A DNA stretch of 39,365 nt from contig JAXDMJ010000046.1 of NCBI GenBank assembly GCA_034666165.1, positions 1-39,365 on the forward strand, read 5' to 3'. This document shows positions 7,498 through 17,002 of the stretch, in pieces. The stretch is from Candidatus Parcubacteria bacterium (GTDB taxonomy: Bacteria; Patescibacteriota; Minisyncoccia; Phycocordibacterales; PALSA-1337). Within the stretch, counting starts at the first letter, position 1. Each line of letters starts with the position of its first letter. The position numbers and the translations under genes were made by a program. A model generated the notes under the pieces. The model was not told the origin of the DNA and searched no databases. It saw nothing but the letters and a program-made list of their open reading frames with translations.

Positions 7498-9258
7498 ATG
7501 TTCGTCGAAGATACCCAATTATACAAATTCATCCTCGACTCCGGGCTCGTGGGGAAGACCGAGCTCGAGGCTGCTAAAAAAGAGAGCGAAGAAAAGAAAA
7601 AACGCTTGGGCGAGGTTTTAGTCGGCACCGGCAAGATGAATGCCGACAATGTGCGCCGTATGCAGGCCTACGTGCTCGGCATTCCTTTTGTCGACCTCAA
7701 AGGCAAAAAAATCCCCTTCGACACCCTCTCGCTCATTCCCGAGCCGATCGCCCGCGGGCATAACATCGTGGCCCTGAAAAAGACCGAAACGACGCTTGAA
7801 GTTGCCATGCTCGATGTCAACGACCTTTCGGCTATCGATTTCATAAAAAAGAAAGTCAACCTGAAGGTCTTGCCGCGCCTGACGGACGTGGATTCCATCA
7901 AAGAAGTGCTGATCCAATATCAGAAGAGCCTCAAAGCCGAATTCGGAGATATCATCCAGAAAGAAACAGCTTCCCTCAAAATGATCGCCGGTGAAATGGG
8001 CGGAGAAGGCGGGGAAGCGGCCAGCGAAGCCGATCTGAAGAAGATCGCCGAGGATCTGCCGGTCGTCCGCATCGTCGACACGCTTTTGAAGCATGCCATC
8101 TTGCAGAACGCTTCCGATATCCACATCGAGCCGATGGAAGACCAGGTGCTGGTACGGTACCGCATTGACGGGCTCTTGCATGATGCCATGGTCCTGCCGC
8201 GCTTGGCCGGACCGTCGGTCACTGCCCGCATCAAGGTCCTTTCTAACCTGAAACTCGACGAAAAGCGCCTGCCGCAGGACGGCCGCTTCAAGGTCGAAGT
8301 CAGCAATGAGAAAGTCTCATTCCGCGTTTCGATCCTGCCGACATACTACGGCGAAAAGACGGTCATGCGCTTGTTGCGCGAGAACATTTCCGGCTTCACG
8401 CTGGAATATCTGACCTTCCATGGCGAAAGTCTCGAGCGTATCCATCAGGCGCTGAAACAGACGACTGGCATGATACTCACGACCGGTCCGACCGGTTCGG
8501 GAAAAACAACCACGCTCTATACCATGCTCGACATTTTGAACACGCCCGACGTCAATATCTCGACCATCGAGGACCCGATCGAATACCAGATGGCGCGCAT
8601 CAACCAGACGGCCGTGCGGCCGGACATCGGCTTCACCTTTTCAAGCGGCATCCGTACGCTGGTCAGACAGGACCCCGACATCATCATGGTCGGCGAGATC
8701 CGCGACGGCGAGACGGCATCTCTGGCGGTCAATGCTGCTTTGACCGGGCACCTGGTGCTTTCGACTCTGCACACCAATTCGGCCGCCGGGGCCATGCCGC
8801 GCCTCCTCGACATGAAGATCGAATCGTTCCTCTTGGTTTCGACGATCAATATCGTCATCGGCCAGCGCCTGGTGCGCCGGCTGACCGACATCAAAGAGCA
8901 GTACAAGCTCTCCAAAGACGAATTTGCCGAACTCGACAAGCTTCTTGACCTTGACCATGTCCTCGACGCTCTGAAAAAAGAAAAGATCATCAAACCTACG
9001 GACGGCTGGGACAAAATTCCTTTCTACCGGGCGGCCACCGGCAAAGAAGACGACAGCTTCAAGGGCCGGGTCGGCATCCATGAAGTCCTCAAAGTATCGC
9101 AAGCTGTCAAAGACCTGATCATGAAAGGGGCCACTTCCACCGAGATCGAAGCCCAAGCCAAGAAAGAAGGCATGCTGACTATGCTCGAGGACGGCATATT
9201 CAAATGCGCGCAGGGGCTCACCACCATCGAAGAAGTCCTGCGCGTCGTTTCCGAGTGA
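7498..9258 (+). CDS. pilB: Type IV pilus / type II secretion assembly ATPase (PilB/GspE family)
   Basis: 586 aa. It has an N-terminal T2SSE_N-like domain, Walker A GPTGSGKTTTLY, Walker B/Asp box DPDIIMVGEIRD and His box LTGHLVLSTLHTN. Confidence 0.93.
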   Translation: MFVEDTQLYKFILDSGLVGKTELEAAKKESEEKKKRLGEVLVGTGKMNADNVRRMQAYVLGIPFVDLKGKKIPFDTLSLIPEPIARGHNIVALKKTETTLEVAMLDVNDLSAIDFIKKKVNLKVLPRLTDVDSIKEVLIQYQKSLKAEFGDIIQKETASLKMIAGEMGGEGGEAASEADLKKIAEDLPVVRIVDTLLKHAILQNASDIHIEPMEDQVLVRYRIDGLLHDAMVLPRLAGPSVTARIKVLSNLKLDEKRLPQDGRFKVEVSNEKVSFRVSILPTYYGEKTVMRLLRENISGFTLEYLTFHGESLERIHQALKQTTGMILTTGPTGSGKTTTLYTMLDILNTPDVNISTIEDPIEYQMARINQTAVRPDIGFTFSSGIRTLVRQDPDIIMVGEIRDGETASLAVNAALTGHLVLSTLHTNSAAGAMPRLLDMKIESFLLVSTINIVIGQRLVRRLTDIKEQYKLSKDEFAELDKLLDLDHVLDALKKEKIIKPTDGWDKIPFYRAATGKEDDSFKGRVGIHEVLKVSQAVKDLIMKGATSTEIEAQAKKEGMLTMLEDGIFKCAQGLTTIEEVLRVVSE

Positions 9259-9310
9259 ACGGCTTTTTATCCTTCATTATTATTGCTCATCATTTATCTT
9301 TTAATAAACC

Positions 9311-10531
9311 ATGTCGCATTTCACTTTTAAAGCCAAGAAGTCGTCAGGCGAGATCTATACGGGGGAAAAAGACGCAGTTGACCGCTATGAGCTCTACCGC
9401 ATCCTTCGCGAAAGCGGCGAGGAAATAGTCGAATTCAAGGAGAAGTCTTCCAAAGGCGCCTTGCACTTTGAGCTTAAGATCCCAGGTCTGACCGGTCGCG
9501 TGAAGATGATGGAGAAGATCAATTTTGCCCGCAATCTGGGTTCGATGCTTGAAGCCGGACTGCCCCTTTCCCGGGCCCTCTCGGTTTTGGAGCGCCAGAC
9601 GAACAACAAGGTCTTCAAAAAAGTCATCACCGATTTGATCGCCGAGATAGACCGCGGTACCACTTTTTCCGATTCTCTGGGCAAACACATTAAGATTTTC
9701 CCGGCCATATTCATTTCTATGGTCCATGCCGGCGAGCAGTCGGGCACGCTGGCCGAATCGCTCAAAGTCGTCGGCGCTCAGATGGATAGCAGTTATGCGC
9801 TTGAACGCCGCGTCCGAGGTGCGCTCATCTATCCGGGCGTCATCATCTCTGCCATGATCCTGATAGGCATCTTGATGTTCATTTTCGTGGTACCGGTCTT
9901 GCTCAAGACTTTTACTGAGCTTAAAGTCGAACTGCCGTTCACGACGAGGATGGTTCTGGGTCTCTCGAACCTCATCCAAAATGACGGCCTCATACTCGTC
10001 GTGGTGATCGCGCTTGTCGCGAGCGGCCTCACCTGGTGGGCCCGACGCAAATCGGGTAAGCTCGTCATTCACGCGGCTCTCTTGAAGATCCCGGTCATCG
10101 GCATGCTGGTCAGAGAAGTGAATACGGCGCGCACGGCCCGGACTTTATCGTCGCTCTTGAGTTCCGGCGTGGACGTCGTCGAATCGGTCATAATAACCGG
10201 CACGGTCGTGCAGAACGTCCATTTCCGAGCCGTGCTGGAGAAGTCGGCGGAATCGATAAAAAAGGGCGAACTCATGTCTAAAATATTCGAGGCCAATCCC
10301 AAGCTTTACCCGGTCTTTTTCTCGGAAATGATCAGCGTCGGCGAGGAAACGGGGAAGACGGGCGAGATGCTTCTCGGCGTAGCGCGCTATTATGAGGATG
10401 ACGTAGACCTGAAGACCAAGAACATGTCCACCATCATCGAGCCGGTTTTGATCTTGATTATCGGCGCGGCCGTCGGCTTCTTCGCCGTTTCCATGATCCA
10501 GCCGATGTATTCGCTGGTCAATGCGATCTAG
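9311..10531 (+). CDS. pilC: Type IV pilus platform protein (PilC/GspF family)
   Basis: 406 aa. Two GspF-type repeats are present (LSRALSVLERQ...; VHAGEQSGTL / ISVGEETGKTGEML) with three TM segments. Confidence 0.92.
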   Translation: MSHFTFKAKKSSGEIYTGEKDAVDRYELYRILRESGEEIVEFKEKSSKGALHFELKIPGLTGRVKMMEKINFARNLGSMLEAGLPLSRALSVLERQTNNKVFKKVITDLIAEIDRGTTFSDSLGKHIKIFPAIFISMVHAGEQSGTLAESLKVVGAQMDSSYALERRVRGALIYPGVIISAMILIGILMFIFVVPVLLKTFTELKVELPFTTRMVLGLSNLIQNDGLILVVVIALVASGLTWWARRKSGKLVIHAALLKIPVIGMLVREVNTARTARTLSSLLSSGVDVVESVIITGTVVQNVHFRAVLEKSAESIKKGELMSKIFEANPKLYPVFFSEMISVGEETGKTGEMLLGVARYYEDDVDLKTKNMSTIIEPVLILIIGAAVGFFAVSMIQPMYSLVNAI

Positions 10532-10548
10532 CGTTGTAGAGGTGCGTC

Positions 10549-11847
10549 TCAGGTTTCGATCCAGTCGAGGATATCATAGCCGCCGCCGGGACCGGCTTGG
10601 AAAAGCACGCTGGGCAAGCCGGTGTCGTACGTCACATTCGACGATTGTGTCAGGATGATCTTGTATGCCGTAACTTCCTTGACGGAAACGCTCTGGGCCA
10701 GAGTGATCTGGCCATGGATGGCATAGCCGACCAGAGCGGACGAGCCTTGTCCCATGACGATGGCGTCGGTCGAGCCGCCCGTCTCTGAGCTGTTATTCTG
10801 GGAGATCATGAAGACGAAAGAGCCGACGGAGCCCGAGCCGGAGAAGGTCGTATTTTGGCCGAGGTCGATGATGCCGCTACCCGCTTTATTTGCCGGATTG
10901 TCGGCGATGATGGCGATATTTTGGCTGCCGAGGCTGGCTGCCATCTGAATATGGGGACTCACCTGGGTACTGATGTTACCGGTCGCCCAGATGGGCCCGG
11001 CCACCGTGACATTGATGCCCGATCCTTTGATGACGAGATCGCAGGGTATTTTTATGGGTCCGATGGTCGCGTCGGCGCCGATCACATATTGTCCTTTGTC
11101 GCAGGTCGCGGTGCCTCCGGCCGCGGCGTCGGTTTCCCACTGGTTAACCTGGGTATCGGTGATGGGATACGGCTGGCTCGGCTGGTCGGGGCTATTCGGA
11201 TATGAAATGCCGGCGACAGTCGTATTTGATCGGTTCGTATAGAAGGCGTCCTTGTCGACGATCGAATTCTGGATAGTGTGGGCATAGGCCGTGCCGGTAG
11301 CATGAATGCCGTCGATCAGTCCGGTCGCTTCTGAAGCGATGGCGTCCCCGTAAACATAGTTGCCGGAGCCGACGATCGGGCCGTCGGAGAAGACGTTGCC
11401 TGTCACGCTCGAGCTGTTTTGAAGCAGGAAGCCGCCGCGGCCGGCTTGAATACCGAAGTGGAAGGAAACGCCGGTGCCGAAGGCCAGATCGACCTGAAGA
11501 TTCCTTTGATAATTATTGGCGTTTCCGGCAACCGTGATCTTTTTTCCGGTGGCCGTTGTCGTGATGATTATGCTGGCGCTGCCGGTCGAAAGCGTGACAT
11601 TCAAGGCCGAACCGATAGGGAAGCCGCTTTTCAAGCGATAGAGCGCTTCCTCCACGGCGCTGTGGGCGGCGATGTATGACTGCTTGGAATAGACGAAGCT
11701 GTAGACCGAGCCGTAGCTTGACAAGACGACACTGGCCACGCCGACGATGACCACCATGAGGATGGAGATGAAAAAAAGCGTATTCAGGATCATGATATAT
11801 CCCCCCTGCCTCTTCGTCCGATATGTATGTCTGGGCGGCTTGAACAT
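10549..11847 (-). CDS. Large pilus-associated protein with PilX-like N-terminus and beta-helix-like body
   Basis: 432 aa. The N-terminus KRQGGYIMILNTLFFISILMVVIVGV resembles the PilX_N anchor and has no G|FxxxE cleavage motif. The body is G/S/T/N/V-rich with repeated GxxVxGxV-type strands. It is the last gene of the pseudopilin operon. An alternative start is ATG 11793, preceded by GGGGGG. Confidence 0.6.
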   Translation of the reverse strand: MFKPPRHTYRTKRQGGYIMILNTLFFISILMVVIVGVASVVLSSYGSVYSFVYSKQSYIAAHSAVEEALYRLKSGFPIGSALNVTLSTGSASIIITTTATGKKITVAGNANNYQRNLQVDLAFGTGVSFHFGIQAGRGGFLLQNSSSVTGNVFSDGPIVGSGNYVYGDAIASEATGLIDGIHATGTAYAHTIQNSIVDKDAFYTNRSNTTVAGISYPNSPDQPSQPYPITDTQVNQWETDAAAGGTATCDKGQYVIGADATIGPIKIPCDLVIKGSGINVTVAGPIWATGNISTQVSPHIQMAASLGSQNIAIIADNPANKAGSGIIDLGQNTTFSGSGSVGSFVFMISQNNSSETGGSTDAIVMGQGSSALVGYAIHGQITLAQSVSVKEVTAYKIILTQSSNVTYDTGLPSVLFQAGPGGGYDILDWIET

Positions 11848-11848
11848 G

Positions 11849-12400
11849 TTATTGATAGGTGTTTCTCATGATAGCGAGACCGCTATACGTGCTTGAGGCC
11901 ATGGCCGAGGTCGTGCTCGTGCGCAGAGCATAGATAATGCCGATAGTGAAACGGATCGCCGTGGAAACTGTGGAGGTTGCTCGGCTGAAATAGAGTTCCG
12001 TGACCGTGACGTCCGCCGGCGAAAGAAATTGGACCGGCCCAGAGGCCTCGCGGAAAGTCACCCGGCCGCCCGAAAGGGCGTAAGCCCTGTTGACGGTCAC
12101 GGTCGGAGTGGTAAAAACCGTTAAAGAAAGCGAGCCGTTAAAGGCGTCATAAACTGTCCCGCTGCCGTTAACGATTTGGCCGGCGCGAATATCATTTTGC
12201 AGGCGATTAGCCAAAGCAATGCCGACTTGATTGGCCCGCGACGGCGCGGCCACGACTTCATACCAGCGGAACGTGTAATAAAGCATGCTCACTATGACGC
12301 CGATGATCAGGATCACGCCGGCCAGATAGACCAGCACTTCGACCAGCGTGAATCCGCGGTTATTGGTTCGGGAGCTATGATTAATTCTGGAATATATCAT
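11849..12400 (-). CDS. Prepilin-type (class III signal peptide) pseudopilin
   Basis: 183 aa. It carries NNRG|FTLVEVLVYLAGVILIIGVIV, a prepilin cleavage/methylation motif with Glu+5. Confidence 0.8.
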   Translation of the reverse strand: MIYSRINHSSRTNNRGFTLVEVLVYLAGVILIIGVIVSMLYYTFRWYEVVAAPSRANQVGIALANRLQNDIRAGQIVNGSGTVYDAFNGSLSLTVFTTPTVTVNRAYALSGGRVTFREASGPVQFLSPADVTVTELYFSRATSTVSTAIRFTIGIIYALRTSTTSAMASSTYSGLAIMRNTYQ

Positions 12401-12863
12401 GTATGAGCATTTGCGTTTCCAGGTCTTTTGCGCCCGGGTTTCCGGCTACTGAGACGGTCACGGTGGCATAACGGCTGCGGGCGTCGATCGTGCCCGCCCC
12501 GGCGATGTCTTTGTTAATGTCTCGGTAGAGAGCTCCGAAAGTCACATAAACATTGTATGAATTGTTGACCGTGACCGGAGTCGTGGAAGTGGCGTAGGTC
12601 GTACCGTTCCAATAGATGTAATATGGGGTATCGAGCGACAGGGCAGCGATATTTTTTGCCCAGCTCCGGTCGCGCAGCAGGTTGAGCGCTTCGGCCGCTT
12701 CTTCGGAAAGGAGAACCGCTTGGGTGCGCCGACCGCTCGTATTCGACAGTCTCAGATAGAGCTGCCAGGCGCCGGCTGCGGCGGTGACCATGGAGACGAT
12801 AATGGCGGCGGCGACGACGATTTCGACCACGCTGAACCCTCGACTATGACGGCCTCTCGACAT
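12381..12863 (-). CDS. Prepilin-type pseudopilin
   Basis: 160 aa. It carries HSRG|FSVVEIVVAAAIIVSMV. It overlaps the next gene by 20 nt. Confidence 0.8.
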   Translation of the reverse strand: MSRGRHSRGFSVVEIVVAAAIIVSMVTAAAGAWQLYLRLSNTSGRRTQAVLLSEEAAEALNLLRDRSWAKNIAALSLDTPYYIYWNGTTYATSTTPVTVNNSYNVYVTFGALYRDINKDIAGAGTIDARSRYATVTVSVAGNPGAKDLETQMLIHDIFQN

Positions 12864-12867
12864 GGCT

Positions 12868-13350
12868 TTATTTTATCACAGTCAGGTCTCCCAGATTGCC
12901 GATGACTATATCTACTTTACGCGTCGGAGCCGAAGCGTCGGCCACCGTCACCGTTCCCGTGGCCGAAGGCGTTCCGTAAATGCGCGAGAAGACCACGCTC
13001 CCGTCAGAACTGGCGAGCGTGGTCGTGATCTGATAGCCGCTGGTGACCGTATAGACTTTATTGTTTGTATTGGCCGGATCATAGACATTGCCGCCGAAGA
13101 ACGCATACGTAGTAGTGCTGAATTTGACGCCGGCGCCAACGCCGTTCTTTCCTGAAACGGCATCCGACTTGGCGTGCTCTAACGTGAAATAGATCTGGTC
13201 TGAAAGCACGCTGAGCTCCTTGGTTTTGCGGGCGCTTATGAAAGCGAAAAGGCCGATGCTGGTGATGATGAAGACGATGGCGATGACGACGAGAATTTCT
13301 ATCGCGGTGAAGCCTTTTTGTCCCGAACACGGAATGTGAGACCGGCTCAT
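12868..13350 (-). CDS. Prepilin-type pseudopilin (GspH/FimT-like)
   Basis: 160 aa. It carries GQKG|FTAIEILVVIAIVFIITSIGL. It is the first gene of the four-gene minus-strand operon. TAAAAT lies 10 nt upstream of the ATG. Confidence 0.8.
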   Translation of the reverse strand: MSRSHIPCSGQKGFTAIEILVVIAIVFIITSIGLFAFISARKTKELSVLSDQIYFTLEHAKSDAVSGKNGVGAGVKFSTTTYAFFGGNVYDPANTNNKVYTVTSGYQITTTLASSDGSVVFSRIYGTPSATGTVTVADASAPTRKVDIVIGNLGDLTVIK

Positions 13351-13412
13351 GGTATCCGATATTTTAGCACATTCTGTTCATTTTCCGCGATTCTAGGGTA
13401 CAATACTGCCAT

Positions 13413-14186
13413 ATGACCACTAAAAAGCTCGTCGTCGGCAACTGGAAGATGAATCCGCAGTCGCTCGAAGACGCCAAACGGATCGCGCGAAAGACGCGCG
13501 CCGCCGCCGCCAAGCTCAAAGCGACTGAGGCGGTCATCTGCCCGCCTTTCGTCTTTATCTCGGCCTGCGCCCCGCGGCGGCGGGCCAGCCATTTCTATCT
13601 CGGCGCCCAGTCCGTTTCTTTCGAACGGGACGGGCCTCACACGGGCCAGATCGGCGCGCCCATGCTTAAGGACATCGGCGCCGATTTCGTGATCGCCGGT
13701 CATTCCGAAGTACGGGCCGAAGGCGAAACCGACGCGGACGTTTCAAAGGAAGCCAAAGCCATACTTGAAGCCGGCATGACGCCGATCATCTGCGTCGGAG
13801 AACAAAAGCGCGATGAGAGCGGCGCACATTTCGATTTCGTGCGGGAGCAGATCAAAGGCAGTCTGGCCGATATCCCCAAGAAATTCTCGTGGAATATCGT
13901 CATCGCCTATGAACCGATTTGGGCCATCGGCGCCGAGGAGGCCATGGGTCCCGAAGCCATAAACGAGATGTCGATCTTCGTCAAGAAGATCTTCGCGGAT
14001 ATTTTCGGCACTGATTCGGCGATGAAAGTCGCCGTGCTCTACGGCGGATCGGTGCACTCGAGAAATGCCGCCGACATCCTGAAGATCGGCAGAGTGGACG
14101 GCCTCCTGGTCGGCCGCGAAAGCGTCTCGAGCACCGGCTTTGTCGAACTGCTCACGGCCGTTGATCTCTCGGCCCGGACGATCTGA
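13413..14186 (+). CDS. tpiA: Triosephosphate isomerase
   Basis: 257 aa. Motifs are VVGNWKMN, AGHSEVR, AYEPIWAIG and YGGSV. TACAAT (13399-13404) lies 8 nt upstream of the ATG. Confidence 0.95.
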   Translation: MTTKKLVVGNWKMNPQSLEDAKRIARKTRAAAAKLKATEAVICPPFVFISACAPRRRASHFYLGAQSVSFERDGPHTGQIGAPMLKDIGADFVIAGHSEVRAEGETDADVSKEAKAILEAGMTPIICVGEQKRDESGAHFDFVREQIKGSLADIPKKFSWNIVIAYEPIWAIGAEEAMGPEAINEMSIFVKKIFADIFGTDSAMKVAVLYGGSVHSRNAADILKIGRVDGLLVGRESVSSTGFVELLTAVDLSARTI

Positions 14187-15316
14187 TGAAAACTCTCAAA
14201 GACATCAAGCATCTGGAGGGCGTCAAAGTGCTTCTGCGGGCCGATTTCAACGTTCCGCTTAATAACGGCAAAGTGGCCGACGCTTACCGCATCCAGTCAA
14301 CTCTGCCGACCATAGATCATCTCCGCGCCAAAGGGGCGCGGATCGTGATGGTGAGCCATCTTGAGAGCAATGACGGGGACAATGGCTCACTGGAGCCGAT
14401 CGCCAACCATCTTAAAGAGCTCGGCCGGGCAGTCGATTTCGTCAAGGATATCAAAAAGGCTCACGAGAAGATCGAGCGTTTGCCGGCCGGTGGCTCCATT
14501 CTTCTGGAAAATCTGCGCTTTTTTCCCGGCGAAAAACTGAATGACCGGAAATTCGCCAAAGAATTGGCCTCGCTCGCCGACATATACGTGAACGACGCTT
14601 TCTCCGTCTCGCATCGGCAGCACGCCTCGATTGTGGCGGTCACGCAGTTTCTCCCAAGCTACGCCGGATTGCAGTTTGAAAAAGAAGTCTCGACTCTCTC
14701 GCGGGCTTTTCATCCGCCTCATCCCTTCCTTTTCATCCTGGGGGGCGCAAAATTTGAGACGAAATTGCCGCTCCTGCAGAAGTTTTCGGAGATCGCCGAT
14801 TCGGTTTTTGTGGCCGGCGCCTTGGCCAACGATTTTTTCAAAGTAATGGGATACGAGATCGGAACATCTCTGATTTCGACAGCTGACTTCGACCTCTCGG
14901 CCCTTAAGAACAATCCGAAGCTGATGGTGCCTGTCGACGTCCTTGATCAGAATAACGAAGCTAAGCCGGCTGACGGACTCGGAAAGGGGGATAAGATAAT
15001 GGATTCAGGGCCGAAGACCGTCGAACTGATCGGCAAGAAGATCGCGGAGGCCAAGTTCATACTCTGGAACGGACCCCTCGGCCTCTACGAAGACGGCTAT
15101 CAGGGCGCTACTCTGGAGCTGGCCAAACTCGTGAGCAAGGCCACCGATCGCGGCGTCGAAACAATCGTCGGCGGCGGGGATACTCTCGCGGCCATCGCGA
15201 CGCTCGGACTCCTGAACAAATTCACTTTTATCTCGACTGGCGGCGGCGCCATGCTCGATTTTCTGGCCAAAGAGACCCTACCGGGCATCGAGGCGCTCAA
15301 CAAGTCGGCGGAATAG
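14186..15316 (+). CDS. pgk: Phosphoglycerate kinase
   Basis: 376 aa. Motifs are RADFNVPL, NDAFSVSHRQHAS, WNGPLGLYE and STGGGAMLDFL. The start overlaps the tpiA stop (cTGATGa). Confidence 0.95.
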   Translation: MKTLKDIKHLEGVKVLLRADFNVPLNNGKVADAYRIQSTLPTIDHLRAKGARIVMVSHLESNDGDNGSLEPIANHLKELGRAVDFVKDIKKAHEKIERLPAGGSILLENLRFFPGEKLNDRKFAKELASLADIYVNDAFSVSHRQHASIVAVTQFLPSYAGLQFEKEVSTLSRAFHPPHPFLFILGGAKFETKLPLLQKFSEIADSVFVAGALANDFFKVMGYEIGTSLISTADFDLSALKNNPKLMVPVDVLDQNNEAKPADGLGKGDKIMDSGPKTVELIGKKIAEAKFILWNGPLGLYEDGYQGATLELAKLVSKATDRGVETIVGGGDTLAAIATLGLLNKFTFISTGGGAMLDFLAKETLPGIEALNKSAE

Positions 15317-15340
15317 ATCCGTCGATCCAAAGACTGCATA

Positions 15341-15706
15341 TCAGCGGTTTAAGGTTTCGATCAGTTTCTTTTTGTTTCCTTCAAAATCGCTCTTGTCGCC
15401 AGCTGTTTCAGCGGACGGAAAGACCCAGACATGGGCATGCTCGATTTCATCGCCGACTATCCGGCTCAAGATCATGTCCTGCTTGAATGCCTTGCGGAGC
15501 GCCTGAGCGATTCGGACAACCACGGCGAAATATTCAGGCAGATTCGGCACGTCCCAGACAAAGCGGTAGTGCGTTTTGGGAATGATCTGCGTATGGCCGG
15601 GCGATTGCGGCCGGATATCGAGAAATGCCAAAAAATCACCGTCTTCGTAGACGATATGGGCGGGAATTTCCTTCCTGACGATCTTGCAGAAAATGCACTT
15701 GTCCAT
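15341..15706 (-). CDS. HIT-family nucleotide hydrolase/transferase, variant histidine triad
   Basis: 121 aa from ATG 15706 ([15 protein letters not shown]...). It has the Cxx[11 protein letters not shown] and a triad that reads HAHVW (nt 15425-15439) instead of HxHxH. The ORF-track start at 15721 is a GTG inside a TATAAT box (15713-15718) that sits 6 nt upstream of ATG 15706. Confidence 0.88.
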   Translation of the reverse strand: MDKCIFCKIVRKEIPAHIVYEDGDFLAFLDIRPQSPGHTQIIPKTHYRFVWDVPNLPEYFAVVVRIAQALRKAFKQDMILSRIVGDEIEHAHVWVFPSAETAGDKSDFEGNKKKLIETLNR

Positions 15707-15776
15707 GGCGATATTATACACGAGTGAAATCGCACAGACTGCTGCCGTCGAGGATCAATTAAAATTAAGGATCAAT

Positions 15777-15797
15777 AAAAAAACGACCGTGGTCGTT
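15777..15797 (-). terminator. Rho-independent terminator of paralog cassette A
   Basis: The minus strand reads AACGAC-CACG-GTCGTT followed by TTTTTTT (15783-15777). It begins within the stop codon at 15796-15798. Confidence 0.55.
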
Positions 15798-16365
15798 ACT
15801 GGACGTTTAGGATTTTACGGTCGAGATCCTCGAAGAAATGAACGAGATGTTCTCTGGTCGTTGCCGCCGCGGCTCTATTCACAATGAAAGCGGGAATATC
15901 ATCCGTAAAGAGCGGCTCGAGTTGGTGACGACCAAGCAATCTATGCTCGGTCGCGGTCGCATGTACCAATTGGGCTATGTGTTTTTGCGAGACCGCGCAG
16001 GCTAGGAGAGCCCCGACCAAAGCTCTGGTGAACAGATATTCCTCGGATTTCCTGTAGAACGGCGTTCCGAGCTTCGTGCCATAAAAGACCTCGATCTGAC
16101 AGGGATCATGTCGCGGCATGGCGACGATGCCAACGAACCAGCCATGAGGAGGAGGACGGTTGCTCGATCTGCCCGATTTCCATCGGCGGAGGGGAAAAAG
16201 TGTCAGCTTCATCCGGCTCATGATGACGAAATCGGTCGGAGGAACGATGGCGAGCCAATGCGCCGGCAACAGCCCGATGGCGCTCTTCACCAGTCGTTTG
16301 GTCTCTTCGAATCTTTCCTCATATCTCGATGCATATCCCGACTTGGCGACTATATTGATTTTCAT
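15796..16365 (-). CDS. Hypothetical protein, paralog A (189 aa)
   Basis: The protein is clearly paralogous to the next gene. Shared blocks are MKIN, LPxHW, GWxV, PCxIEVFY, VGALLACA, LFxxDxPAFI and HFFExL. No family recognised. Confidence 0.65.
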   Translation of the reverse strand: MKINIVAKSGYASRYEERFEETKRLVKSAIGLLPAHWLAIVPPTDFVIMSRMKLTLFPLRRWKSGRSSNRPPPHGWFVGIVAMPRHDPCQIEVFYGTKLGTPFYRKSEEYLFTRALVGALLACAVSQKHIAQLVHATATEHRLLGRHQLEPLFTDDIPAFIVNRAAAATTREHLVHFFEDLDRKILNVQ

Positions 16366-16374
16366 CTGCCCCTG

Positions 16375-16402
16375 AGTCTACGCAATCGTGTTCAACTGTC
16401 AA
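16375..16402 (-). promoter_or_regulatory. Promoter of paralog A
   Basis: The minus strand reads TTGACA (16402-16397) - 16 nt - TAGACT (16380-16375) - 9 nt - ATG 16365. Confidence 0.5.
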
Positions 16403-16430
16403 TTAAATAAAAAAACGGCCGCAGTCGGCG

Positions 16431-16994
16431 CTACGGCGGCAGACAGCGGACTTTGTCGTTCAGCATCTCGAAAAAATGAAGCTGCCGCCGCCTGGAAACG
16501 GCTGACAATTGCGGATCCATGATGAAGGCGGGCACATCTTCCATAAAAAGTTGCTCGACGGTGTATATCTCCGTGACTTTATATTCGTCGGCCACGGCCT
16601 CGACCAATTCAGCGATACGTTTCTTCGAGAGAGCGCAGGCCAATAAAGCCCCGACCACGGCTTGGACGAACGCATACTCTTTATTCTTCCCTCGAGACGC
16701 TTTTGTGGGCCGGATGGCGTAAAATACCTCGATCTCGCAGGGATGCCGTATCGGCAGGGCGATGACGCGCACTGACCAGCCGCGCCGCGGCGGCTTGGCG
16801 TCGGTCCGGCGCGAATTCCACTGCCGCAGGAAGACTGGCGCGAGCTTGTCATGGCGTCTGACCGTGACATTGACGTTGGGAATGATCTTCTGCCAATGTA
16901 CCGGCAAATGACCGTAGGCGCGCTCTACGAGCGATCGGACCGGTTCGCATGACGATCCGTCCCTCGGCGCGCCGGCGCGAAGGTTGATTTTCAT
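16431..16994 (-). CDS. Hypothetical protein, paralog B (187 aa)
   Basis: I place the start at ATG 16994 (MKINLRAG...), matching the paralog A N-terminus. The ORF-track start at 17030 is the TTG of the -35 hexamer TTGACA. A weak GCCG/CGGC hairpin plus T-run follows the stop at 16411-16429. Confidence 0.65.
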   Translation of the reverse strand: MKINLRAGAPRDGSSCEPVRSLVERAYGHLPVHWQKIIPNVNVTVRRHDKLAPVFLRQWNSRRTDAKPPRRGWSVRVIALPIRHPCEIEVFYAIRPTKASRGKNKEYAFVQAVVGALLACALSKKRIAELVEAVADEYKVTEIYTVEQLFMEDVPAFIMDPQLSAVSRRRQLHFFEMLNDKVRCLPP

Positions 16995-17002
16995 CTGACA
17001 TG

